Assembly: GCF_004010195.1 (NCBI RefSeq)
Contig: NC_057712.1
Coordinates: 20,224,140 to 20,288,139 of the forward strand
Length of the DNA stretch: 64,000 nucleotides
Direction of reading: 5' to 3'
Source of the DNA: Chiloscyllium plagiosum
Lineage: Eukaryota
The notes beneath the pieces were generated by a model. The model searched no databases. It was not told where the DNA came from and was given only the letters and a program-made list of their open reading frames with translations. A program made the translations under genes and the position numbers. Shown here one piece after another: positions 1-12,306 of this stretch. Every line of letters begins with the position of its first letter. Position 1 is the first letter of the stretch.

Positions 1-517
1 AATCAAATTTGTTTATTGTTCAGATACTATTTTAGGTGTACATTTTAAATCAATTTGGCAACAATCCATGAGATCATCTGCTACCTATTTCTCAAAGCCA
101 GTTCCTTTTAATTGCCTGATGTCAGCTCTTGATCTTCCTTGCCATGAAAATAAATGGATTACAAAATAAAATTTATATCATCTTACTGAGCTGAAGACAG
201 AGCCTAATAATACAGAAACTGTTAACAAACCTTTTTATTTAGTTCCATTTTTAGACAGCAGTGAATAAGCAACAGTTTAAAATAACAGTAGAAGGATACA
301 TGCTCGCCTGAAGAGTATTTCGTGTATCTAGTTTTTCTGAAACATAGTCAACTTCATCCAGTGAACCCAAGCTCCAGAGCTACTCAATATATAATTTAGC
401 TGCTCCTCTAGAGCCCCAGTGATCAGTAACATCTTCCAAAATATAAATGCTTGATAAATCCACAGCTAAACACCTGCTTGTTTTTGTCCAATTTACTTTG
501 ATGTCGGCGAACAGCGC

Positions 518-826
518 AGATTAGATTCCCTACAGTATGGAAACAGGTCCTTTGGCTCAACAAGTCCACACCAACCCTCCAAAGGGCAACCACCCAGACC
601 CATTTCCCCACCCTATATTTACCCCTGACTAATGCACCCAACACTATGTGCAATTTAGCATGGCCAATTCACCTGACCTGCACACCTTTGGATTGTGGGA
701 GGAAACCCATGTAGACATGGGGAGAATGTCTGTGTGGAGTTCGCACAGTCGCCTGAGGCAGGAATTCAACCCAGCTCCCTGGTGCTGTGAGGCAGCAGTG
801 CTAACCACTGAGCCACCGTGCCACCC
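518..826 (-). mobile_element. tRNA-derived shark SINE (HE1/V-SINE type)
   Basis: tRNA-like head GGTGGCTCAGTGGTTAGCACTGCTGCCTCACAGC, central domain, and CR1-like 3' tail ending in AATCT repeats. Confidence 0.85.
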
Positions 827-964
827 AATTTTATTTTCTTCTTGCTCAGCAACCCGCCCTGCTCGCTGTCGCATGCTGGCCCTGGCGCGCCGCTCGCCCT
901 TACCCCTTACATGAGAGGAGGGACACAGACTACAATTATACATCGAAGAATGAGTAGAGAACAA

Positions 965-1345
965 ATTGAGGTATTTGAGATGATAAAAGGTGTGGATAAA
1001 ATAGACGCGGAGAGGATGCTTCCTCTTGTGGGGCATTCTAGGACGAGAGGTCACAGTCTTAGAATAAGGGGTAGCAAGTTTAAAACAGAGTTGAGGAGAA
1101 ACTACTTCTCCCAAAGGGTTGTAAATCTGGGGAATTCGCTATCCCAAAGCATGGTGGATGCTGGGCCAGTGAGTAAATTTAAGGAGGAGTTTAGACAGAT
1201 TTTTAAATGGTAATGGGTTGAAGGGTTATGGGGAGAAGGCAGGAAAATGGGAGTGAGGAGTATATAACCCACGACTGAATGGTGGACCAGACTCAATGGA
1301 CCAAATGGCCTAATTCTGTTCCTATATCTTATGAACTTATGATGA
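965..1345 (+). mobile_element. CR1 LINE 3' fragment
   Basis: IEVFEMIKGVD..TRGHSLR..FSQRVVNL, the CR1 ORF2 C-terminus, followed by 3' UTR. Confidence 0.85.
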
Positions 1346-1807
1346 TCATTTCATAAATATCTTATAAGAAGATACAAAGTTCATACCTTCAAATCTTTTT
1401 TCGCAAACTTCCTTCAGCTGTTAACAAGGCAAAATCAGAAAATGCTGACTTACTACCAAGACAGGAAATAGTCACATTCTCATCCAATTGTCAGGAGAAA
1501 AATAAGGAAGTTTTTCCGAGGTACCTCAAACATTACACCCAACAGCTGTAGGACTTCCAATACTTCTCAATCCACCATAAAGGATCAGACACAGGGAAAC
1601 ATGCAAAGTTACTAACAATTTCCTTGTGACAAACTCCATCTATCAAAAGGCAGGCTTTGAAGTGTTACAACCAGAGTCATCCTTGGTATAGAGGCTCAGG
1701 CCAGGCCAAGCCTAGTGCACAAGCAAATTCCACTACTACAGCCTCAGTACAAACCCCTTGTGAACTTGCGGAGAAACAGAAACAATGTTGTACAGACGAA
1801 AAGATAA

Positions 1808-2018
1808 AGTTGCCATGGTCCCAGACAACCATTGGGCTGCTCTCTGATTTAAGAGAGAGAGAGACACGACTGTTGGTGTGTCTAACCTGATGGTCTCCCC
1901 GCCTCAGGCAAAGGAGGAGGTCAAGAAGGGAAGACCCTCATGATGACCTTAGCCATTTCAGGAACTGAACCCACACTATTGGCATCAACCTCTGCATTGC
2001 AAACCAGCTGTCCAGCCC
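1808..2018 (-). mobile_element. Second, older tRNA-derived SINE family
   Basis: Similar copies at about 20097-20302, 30925-31128 and 63500-63575. Minus strand has a tRNA-like head with a GGGTTCA(A/G)TTCC B-box. Confidence 0.55.
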
Positions 2019-2799
2019 ACCCCTTTTAAGGATGAAAATACCAATAAAAGCCGAGAATGAGGAGACTTCGCCATTGTGGTCTCAGAAAAAATAAGACTGA
2101 AATTTCACTCACAATTCCCTTTAGGGTTTCAACTCACCCTACCAGAAACCGACTAACTGTCATTTTTGTCCAGTTCCAGGAGGGTTCTCTTCATGAGGCC
2201 TAGCAGGTTTTCTTGTGCAATTGTCTTGCCTCACTGACTACCTACCATGCTGCACGACATCCCTCTTGTCCCACACTAGATAGACTCTCTCACCCACCTT
2301 AGGAAGATGTGCTTGCCATTGCTGAGATATCCTGAGACCCTGGTGCAGGTGACATTGTTAAAAGGCAGACGTGCATCAGTCAAGCTCTGGAAGTCTGGAG
2401 CTGTCCTGTAGAGTTGTAGGTGGTATGGCAGACATGAGCAAATTGACATGCCACATTTCAGACAGGAACTGGAGGGTCCTGGTAGATAGGATGGTAAGGG
2501 GACGGAAGTCCTTTTCCCGAAGACTGGCAGAGGAGGCCACAATACCAGACACTGCCAGCCTGGTCCAAGGTTGACACCAGGGTCCACGCAGTCTCAACTG
2601 TCCAGAGAAACACCCAGCAGTTTTGCAAGATGGTCAATGGCCTTCTCCATTTTGCCAGGTCACTCTGCCACCTCACCAGCTCTGCTACTGAACCCACCTC
2701 CTGCCATGGCTGATATTCCACGACTCTCATTATTGCTTGCTTCCCCTCACCTGGCCTCTCTGCTGCCAATTCTTCCCACCTCTAGCCTGTCGAGTCCCA

Positions 2800-4180
2800 A
2801 CAGGATTTCACACGTTTCTATGAAATACCCCCTTATTCTTCTAAATTACAGTGAATACAAGCCCAATTGATCCAGTCTTTCCTCATATGTCAGTCTGGTG
2901 AATCTTCACTGGACTCCCTCAATAATAAGAATGTCCTTCCTCAGACTAGGAGATCAAAACTGCATACAATACTCAAGATGCACCCTCGCTGAAAATGTGT
3001 TGCTGAAAAAGTGCAGCAGGTCAGGCAGCATCCAAGGAGCAGGAAAATCGACGTTTTGGGCATGAGCCCTTCTTCAGGAAAAGTCTTTTCCTCAAGATGC
3101 ACCCTCATCAAGGCCCTGTAAAACTGCAACAAGCCATCCTCACTCTGATACTCAAATCCTCTCACTATGAAGGCCAACATGCCATAAGCTTTCCTGGTGC
3201 ACTTCCATACCAACCTTCCACAACTGTTCCACCATGACACCCAGGTCTCAATGCACCTCACATTTTCCTAAACTCATATAATCTGCCTTCCTGTTTTTGC
3301 GACCAAAGTGGATAACCTCATATTGATTCACATATGCATTTGCCAAGTATTTGCCCACTTTGCCAGTCTGCCCAAGTCACCCTGCAGCCTCTTAGCATCC
3401 TCCTCACAGCTTACACTGTCACCCAGCTTAGTGTCAACTGCAAATTTGGAGATACTGCATTCAATTCTTTTGTCCAAATCATTAATATATATTGTGTTCA
3501 GCTAGTATCCCACACTGAACCCTGCAGCAACCAACACATCACCACTTTCCACTCTAAAAAGCGCCTGTTTATTCTAACTCTCTGCTTCCTGTCTGGCAAC
3601 CTGTTCTCTATCCATGTCAATACATTACCTTGGATGCCATGAGTTTTAATTTTTCCTACTAATCTCTTGTGTGGAACCTTGCCAAAAATGTTTTGAAACT
3701 CCAGGTACACAACATCTACCGATTCATCCCTGTTCACTCTACTGGAAATATCCTCAAAAAAAATTCCAGAAGATTTGTCAAGCATGATTTCTCTTTAGTG
3801 AATCCATGCTGACTAGGACTGCTTTTGTCACCGCTTTCCAAGTGCTCAGTTATTACGTTCTTAATAATTGACTCCAGCATTTTCCCCATGACTGATGTTA
3901 GGTGAACGGGTCTATAACTCCCCATTTTCTCTCTCCTTCTTTTAAAGAGTGGGGTTACATTAGGTACCTTCCAGTCCATTGGAACTCTTCAAGAGTCTAC
4001 AGAATGCTAGAAAATGATCACCAATGTGTCTGCTATTCCTAGAATTATTTCCTTAAGTACACTGGGATGCAGAGCGCCAGGCCCTGGGGACTTACTGAGT
4101 TTTAATCCCAATAATTTCCCCAATACCATTTCCTTCAGTTCCTCCTTCATGCTTGAGCCTCTGTCCCCTAGCATTTCCTG
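2800..4180 (-). mobile_element. CR1 LINE RT fragment (frameshifted)
   Basis: WKVPNVTPLFK, YRPVHLTS, QHGF, KVPHKRL and QGSV motifs spread across broken ORFs. Confidence 0.9.
2988..3090 (-). mobile_element. Penelope-like short element (family A) with a mutated hammerhead core, inserted in a CR1
   Basis: 16-bp TSD CTCAAGATGCACCCTC (2972-2987 / 3091-3106). Minus strand reads CTGAAGA-AGGGC-TCAT-GCCC-AAAACGTC. Confidence 0.75.
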
Positions 4181-4426
4181 AAGGGAAAGAAGATTTAATA
4201 AGGTGACATAATAGTTTTGATCTTCAGGAGGAAAGTATATAATTGTGACATTATGATATGGCCTCTTCAATGGTCTGCATACCAATAACTTAAAATATTG
4301 ACAGGCTCTGCAGATATTTCCAACATTTCTGCTTTCTCCCAATATTTGTTATATGTTAAGTAACATTTTGGCTCACATCTGAAGGCTGTCAGTATTAAAC
4401 ATGACTTCCAACATGCTAATATCATT

Positions 4427-4736
4427 CAAAGTTTGTGCGAAGATTTGTAGCTCGGGTGCTCGTTGTTGTGGTTCTGTTCGCCGAGCTGGGAATTTGTGTT
4501 GCAGACGTTTCGTCCCCTGTCTAGGTGACATCCTCAGAGCTTGGGAGCCTCCTGTGAAGCACTTCTGTGATCTTTCCTCCAGCATTTGTAGCGGCAGATT
4601 CAAACCACTACAAATGCCGGAGGAAAGATCACAGAAGTGCTTCACAGGAGGCTCCCAAGTACTGAGGATGACACCTAGACAGGGGATGAATCGTCTGCAA
4701 CACAAATTCCCAGCTCGGCGAACAGAACCACAACAA
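4427..4736. mobile_element. Palindromic Penelope-like short element (family B) with hammerhead cores
   Basis: Inverted arms of about 130 bp (4462-4593 / about 4605-4737); 11-bp TSD CTAATATCATT. Minus strand reads CTGAGGA-T-GTCACCT-AGAC-AGGGGAC-GAAACGTC. Confidence 0.8.
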
Positions 4737-5460
4737 CTAATATCATTGTACATCATGTTAGAATATTGAGCTCTAGTAATATAATGAAATGTTTACAGTT
4801 AATTTTGTAAAATACACATATTTTACAAGTGTTTTGTTTTAAAGCAGCATGCCACATTGCATTATTTCATTCTGCTCATCAGGCAAATTATTCTTCAAAA
4901 CTATATTTTTATTTGGGAATATCCAACGGGCACAAATCTGAGCAGAGACTGACCAGCAGAGAGCAGCTCTATTTTCCATTATGTAATTTTTTCTAACAAA
5001 ATTCTTACCATATTCTAATTAAAATGGAGATGTATACTGACTTAATACACTCCCCTTTGGAAATACAATACAAGAAACAAACACTTTGCACTCACTTACC
5101 AAGAAAGGATCACAATAAGTGCAATTTGTACACAACAGTGACTGTTCTTCGAAAATCACCTATTGGCTATGAAGCATTTTCTGGTGTCCATATGGATTTG
5201 TTTTGTTAATAAATAAATAGACATGCTTTCTCTTAATATCCTTTCATTTATGTTTATCAGCACAGAACCAGAACTCCTCCATGTCTTATTATGCCTCACT
5301 TGAGGTAGCGCACTGAAAATCAAGCTTGTCACAAAAGTTAAAAGATTTTTTAAAATATGCAGAATTCCGCAATTTAGCTAACTTTCAGATCCAGGTGAAC
5401 AGAAAGCATGGACCAGGTTGGTATACTTAACAAGTATTACTATTTATTGCAAATAAATTA

Positions 5461-5790
5461 GGTGGCACAGTAGTTCAATGGTTAGCATTGCTGCCTCACA
5501 GCATCAGGGACCGGGGTTCAATTCCACCCTTGGGCAATTGTCTGTGTGGAGTTTGCACATTCTCCACATGTCTGTGTAGGTTTCTTCCAGGTGCTCTGGT
5601 GTCCTCCCAAAGTCAAAGATGTGCGGGTTAGGTGGATTGACCATGCTGTCCAGGCATATGTAGGCTAGGTGGGTTAGCCATAGGAAATGTTACAGGGTTG
5701 GGTCAGGTGGATGGGTCTGTGTGAGATGCTGTTTGGTTGGTGTGGACCCGATGGGCCGAATGGCCTGCTTCCGGACTATAGGAATTCTAT
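5461..5790 (+). mobile_element. HE1-type SINE
   Basis: Same head, body and tail as the other copies. Confidence 0.8.
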
Positions 5791-6470
5791 GAAATAGATT
5801 CGACAGGTAAATAATTATGAGCTGTTGGCACAGAGTTGGACCGAAGGGTCTGTTTCCGTGCTGTACATCTCTATGACTCTATAACTCGACTAGATAAAGC
5901 TCTAGCCTCTTATAAACCCCCCTGCCCCCCTTACACACACACACAGAGAAAGAAACAGAAGGGGTAAAATGGGTGTTATGGCTAGAGGTAAACACTGGGA
6001 AGACAATTCAGTGGTTCCTAGTCCACACAGCTTGCTGATCAGAACACAGCTCCTCTATCTTCCTTCTCCAGATGTTTTCACTTGTTTTTAGAAGACACAT
6101 TATGACTGACTCACACATATAAAAAGTGTCTGATATATCAATTAAAATTCATAGCTTTCAGCAACAGAAGGAAAAATAAATGGATTTTTCTCAGGCATAG
6201 TTGTTTTTATTGTAGAGTATGGAGATCTGCTCTGAGTTTGTGGAGATCTGATGGTTTCTCCATCTCTTGTTCACAACCCTGATCTACTTAGTTACCTGGG
6301 AACCAGTCAATAACTGGTCACTAGTCCACAGACAAATTATCTACTTTTTACTGACTGATTCTCCATTTTGGGAAAACCATTTACTGATGCTTGAACTGGT
6401 AGCTGTGTAAACAGTACATACAATGACTGGCAGATTATTTGCTTTCAAAAACTGCAGTAATCTTTCGGAT

Positions 6471-6806
6471 TCATAGAATTCCCATCATGCAGAAAAAGGC
6501 AATTTAGCCCATCGAGTCTGTCAGACTATCTAAACAGCTTCCCACCCAAACCCAGACCCCAACCTAGCCTCATAACCCCACATTTACCACAGCTAGCCTG
6601 CACATTCTTGGAAACTGCGGGGTACTTTAGCATGGACATCCTGCACATCTTTGGACTGTGATAGGAAACCAGAGCACAGGGTGGAAAGACACAGACACAG
6701 AGAGAATGTGCAAACACCACACAGACAGTCACCCAAAGCTGGAAGTGGAGCTAAGTCCCTGGTGCTGTGAGGCAGCAGTGCTAACCACTGCATCATTGGG
6801 CTGCCC
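6471..6806 (-). mobile_element. HE1-type SINE (diverged)
   Basis: Shared head and body motifs. Confidence 0.75.
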
Positions 6807-9177
6807 AGAAATCTTTAGTTTTTAAAAGAATTCTTTAGCAGTTTTTGATCCATAATTAAAAAAAACAGAAAAATAAAAACAAATGGCCATTCGTGTTCAG
6901 ATTAAAACAGGTTAAACCATATCTCTCTCCTCTTTCCATAAAAATCCTCAATTTTAAGTAACTTTTGCCCACTGATCAGCCAGTGGCTAATTTTTTGGCA
7001 GCAGTTCTGCACAAAGCAATTTTGCATTGACTTGTAAAGATCAGATCTAAAATTACTGAACATTTGAAAAGTCCACTGAAATCTATGTATAATTTCAATA
7101 ATGTAGTTACAACTTTCAGGTACACGATAGCCAGAAGTTAATTGCAGAAGGTTTAATTGTAAGTGTACAATAGAAATGAAGTCATCAACAGTTTTATGCA
7201 AATAATAATTTGCAAGAAAACAAAACAAAAATTGTCAGCAACAAACTAAACAGGTTAGGTTTAACTTTTTTCCCTATTCTGAAAATTGAGACTAAAGATT
7301 ATATAGGTAAGATTTTTGAATTTTCAGTAGAACAGAACTGCTGTATACAACAAGAAAACTGTAAAGGGAATGCATGCAAAAGATTTAAACTTAAGAAGCC
7401 ATCATACTGTCACACCCTAAACCGGCTCAGGATCTAAAGTGGATTACATTGAATGAAAGGAACTACTGCTCACAGTCAAAAGTGAAAAAAATAGCTTCCA
7501 AGAGAAGTATTACCTCTTAGTCCATTATTGAATAACTTCTTTCCAATATATGACAGAGGTGTACAGTAGGATGTTGAGATGTTGATCCATTCCACACAGC
7601 CTTTGTGCACTGTTTAGTTAATCAAAGGGACTGTTCCATCACTGCTGCATGAGAAATATGTATGTAAGAACAAATCTTGGGAAGGAAGGGCCATTCAGCC
7701 CATCAAGCCCATACTTCCATTGACCTCACATACTATCTCCAAATACTAAGGTAACCCACTTAGTTAAATTCCTTCAAGAATACATGAAAAACATTTCTCC
7801 GAAAATAATCCATCAAAGAGGCCATATTAATGGGCTATCAATCTTCATTCTTTAACCCATTGGCAAACCTTTGAATTAAATTGACAGTGAATGCCAGGAA
7901 TCACTGCATTTCATCAATATTACATCACCATAGTATTCTGACCATTTATCAATACTTTAATCCAAATATTTCTCCAATTTTTAAATTAATTAAACAGTAT
8001 AAAAGTGTGATTGCTCTGCAAATCCATTATTCTGTATAGAAAACCCATCAAGATTGTGCAGAGTTCCTGCAAGTTAAGAATATATTTTGTTTTGCCACAT
8101 TATTGCAACAAGCATTTAATTGTTTCACAAGCAATTATGGAATGAGTGTCCCTTGAACTAATCAGATATTCAAACATAGCTCAAATATGTGGATTATCAT
8201 TTACAAAGAAATCAACTGTTCAGACATACATTGTAACTGCATTTCCTTATGCAAAGCAGGATTCCACTGAATTTCTACTCAATCATTTCTGCACCTTTTC
8301 TGCATGTAAACCCTAAAACTAAGCAATTATCCAGCAGTCGTTTTAACAGAAGTTTATTTAGATTCATCATTCCATCTCAATTTATCAGTTACCTCTTTCC
8401 TGAGAAGTTCTCACAAATTTCGAAGTAAATTTATTCTTCTTGAATCATGCTATAAGAGATACTTTATCCTTTTGTTCTACTGTTTGCTAATGTCAACATT
8501 CAAAAACTTGTTTATGCAGTGCCTTGAATAGAATAAAAAGTCCCAAGCCATTTCATAGGAAGCAGTGTCAAACAAAGTTTTAAAATAAAAGCACTTAAGA
8601 AACATTGGGACAGATACCTTTACGTTTGGTGAAATAATTAGGCTCCCCTTAAAACCCTGATGGCTGAGGGAGAGGTCAAAAGGCAATGAGAATTCAGGAA
8701 GGAATTCCAGAGTTCAAGCCCGAGCTAGCTGAAAGAATAGACAGCAATGGTGGAGCGACGAACTCAGGGATGCACAAGAGGCCAGAATTGGTGGAAAAAG
8801 TAACCATCCCAAAGTCTCAGGAGGATACAGTAATAGTGAAAGTCATGGCCATGGAAGGATAATGAAACCAAAGACAAGCTGCAGTGTTGCTGAATCAGAA
8901 GTCAATGTAGGCTAGCAAGCTGAAGGAGGATGATTGCTGAATGGGACCTGGTTTAAATCAGATTATGGGCAACAGCTTTTTTGATGATTACAGGCTGAAG
9001 GAAAATCTGCACACAGACCACTATCATCCACCGATAGATACGAAATAAATATGAAATGGATGAAGAAATTAGCAACTGATATCCCAAACATTCCTGGTTT
9101 GCATCCCCACACAGCAACTAATTATGGACGTTATGACTTTATGATTGCTAGGTAACCCACCATTCCTGACAGAGAAC

Positions 9178-9500
9178 TTAGAATCCCTACAGTGTGGAAA
9201 CATGCCCTTCAGCCCAGCAAGTCCACACTGACCCTCTGAAAAGTAACCCACCCGACTCATTCCCTTATTTCTCTACATTTCCCCTGACTAATGCACCTAA
9301 CGCTACGGGCAATTTAGCATGTCCAGTTCAACCTGCACGTCTTTGGATTGTGGGAGGAAACCGGAGCACCCGGAGGAAACCCACACAGACTTGGGGAGAA
9401 CGTGCAAACTCTACACAGACAGTCACCCGAGGCTGGAATCAAATGTGAGTCCCTGGCGCTGTGAGGCTGCAGTGCTAGCCACTGAGCCACTATGCCGCCC
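9178..9500 (-). mobile_element. HE1-type SINE
   Basis: Shared head, body and tail motifs. Confidence 0.85.
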
Positions 9501-11183
9501 CAAACAGAGTGCTGTTATCATCCATCTCTCCTCCACACAACTATTTCTGCCATTATCCATAGGTCTCATTGTTTTACTAACACACTTATGTTGGAATAAA
9601 ACCCATTCTAACTTTAAGGGGTTATATACATTACAGCTGTATCCCTTATGTGCATTTTAAAAATTTATATTGCCACTAAGATGATGAATACTAGTGTTAC
9701 AAGAACAACCTGTTCCTAGTTCACATAATCCAGTGTAAGATATAACTACTCATAAGTAACGTGTGTACAAACTAAAAAAGGTCAAGAACCAGCCTAGTAG
9801 TTGCATGATATCATAACAATAATAAATCCCCAAATAGTCTTCAAACGCATAAATAACGCTAGAAAGATCACAATGGAGCAGACCTTTGAGAGTTAGACAT
9901 CCAAAGTCCAATGTTCCTCTTATACATATCATGTCTCATTACACATATGCTGCATCCATTTGAAGGTTGGATTTTAGTGCCGTACTTTCTGACAGTTGGA
10001 ATGAGGAAAGTTTTCCGACCGTCTCTTGTCATCCCTCACATTTGTTTTGCGGTTTGAGGAGGTCATGGAGCTTGAACTGCACAGTATGATAGCATCAGAT
10101 CAGCTGCCCACGAATATAGCACACGCCTGCATGAAGAGCTGTTGATGGTTGCGTATGAGGTGCACACTGATGGAATGTAAGCCCCTGCAGTCAATAAATA
10201 TTCTTGGTTGTTCTGGCAATATTCAAACAGTTTAATGTACAGTCAATGACATCCTATATCTGTAGAAAGCCAGCTAACCCCGTGAGACTGTGTGTTTTCT
10301 ACACATTCTGACTGGTGTTGTGCCTGACAAATCTTGAATACATCTCTGGCAGCATTCTGGAATTTTGGGCAGTGGTGACCTTGATAGCCACTGCTAATGT
10401 GGAGTTGGTAGACAGCTTCTAGGTGACCTTCTAGGAAGCTGTTGATCACCTTGATTCTCTTCCAAGGTCTGTTTTAAGGAAACGTGCGCTTGCTAACCTT
10501 TGCTGACCCCGAATGCACAATACCACAACTTTTAGAATTTTTATCCTTGGTTTCATATCCTTCCATATGTAAGAATCATTCTAATTTGATTGCAAAAAAC
10601 TCCCACATGCAGAAAATAACCCATCCCTGTGAAAGAAATATGATAAAACTCTTTTCCACTAGCAGACAATAAAGGAGCTGTAAGCACAGGAATTTACTGG
10701 CATGTATTCCAAGCTGCTTAGTTGGCCACAGTGCCTTTATGTTGTGTTCACTGGAGAATTTCAGGAAGTCTGGAAAACCCTTGGACAAACATAATTGTTA
10801 AGATGCTTGCATGCATGGCTGCACAGCAGCTGGAAATGTACCATGCAGACTTTAATTTAGGTTAAATATGGTAGTGTGCAGTGAAAAACTGGCCATGCAC
10901 AACCTCAAACTCTTATGTGAAAAACTGCTGTAGACCCAACATTGAACTGGGGTGCATGGAAATGGTGCTCTGACAATCCACCTCTCCTGAAGGAGTGGTG
11001 CATCTACATGCTCCATTGCAATGTGAAAATCAACAGACTAAATGTGGCTTCCCAACATACTCATTCCAAATTCCCAATGTCAATTTTAACCTACTATCCA
11101 CTTCCAGCAAATTAAATTCCCACATGTTATTTCTGCGTCAGTTTTAATAGTTTTAATTGTTTTGCAGTAACTAAGGCTAATTA

Positions 11184-11332
11184 CACACCAGGTTATAGTC
11201 CAACTGGTTTATTTGGTGGTTGTCTACCTGATGTACAAGCAGCGCTTTGAAAGCTAGTGTCTCCAAATAAACCACTGGTGTGGTGTGATTTTTAACTTTG
11301 TCCACCCCAGTCCAACACTGGCTCCTCCAAAT
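11184..11332 (+). mobile_element. Degenerate Penelope-like short element (family D)
   Basis: Imperfect inverted arms; TSD TAAGGCTAATTA / TAAGACTAATTA; degenerate core CTGATGT..AAGC-AGC-GCTT..GAAAGCTA. Confidence 0.6.
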
Positions 11333-11828
11333 TAAGACTAATTATGTCATTAAAAAATGTGATTGAACTGTAATTGACAGGCAAAGATACTGACTACTGA
11401 CTATTAGTACACAGACTTCACACTCTTCAATACATTTGAATAGGAAGTCAGACAGAAAGATGATCATTTCTTGAAGCATCGCAGACAGCAACTTCAGGAT
11501 CTCTATGTTTAACTGATCATATTAAGTTGTTTTTCACTTTATGTATACATGCTAATGATCACTCTTAGCTTCTCCTTTATCCTTACAGTAACATTTAGTC
11601 TGTGACACTATATAACAACGAAGTTTACAGATTTTGAATTGGAGCCTGATTGTCTGGAATTAATACTTTAAATGAAGTATTCAGAGTATCTTCAGATAAC
11701 ATTGATTTGGGTTTTCAGAGGACGCCTCTGCATGACACAAATATTATGCATTTTTGGAGGTCAGTCAGCACCTGAGCCTCAAATATTCCCCTACATTATA
11801 ATCTGCATTTGTCAAGTGTCTGCTAGAC

Positions 11829-12160
11829 AGGTGGTAGCACAGTGGCTACATGATAAGCACTGCTACCTTACAGCCCCAGGGAACCTGATTCAAAGCCAGC
11901 CTTGGGTGACTGTCTGTGTGGAGTTTACACATTCTGTGTCTAAGTAGGTCTCCTCCCTCAGTGCAAACATGTCCAGGTTAGGTGGATTGACAATGCTAAA
12001 TTGCCCATAGTGTGCAGGCAAGGTGCAGTAGCCATAGGAAATGTGCGAAATCCAAGGGATAGGGTAGGGGATGTGGTGGGACTGGATGGGATGCTCTTCA
12101 GAGGGTTGGGAAGGACTTGATGGGCTGAATGGCTTGCTTTCGCACTGTAGGGATTCTATG
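11829..12160 (+). mobile_element. HE1-type SINE (diverged)
   Basis: Shared head, body and tail motifs. Confidence 0.75.
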
Positions 12161-12306
12161 CTTCTAACAATTGCTTATTTTTTGAAGTTATGTAAAACAA
12201 GATAATCCAGGACAGACTTGTCAGTCCATTCACAGTAATGCAGACATTAAAAAAAATGGCAATTTCTATTTTTTTCTTACAGGGTAGAGAGAACCTTGTC
12301 TTTAAT

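Noticed and set aside
4373-4769. Mirror-image ORFs of 122 and 127 aa on opposite strands
   Set aside because: An artefact of the palindromic element; no protein features. The same applies to the ORFs at 26749-27060 and 52146-52579.
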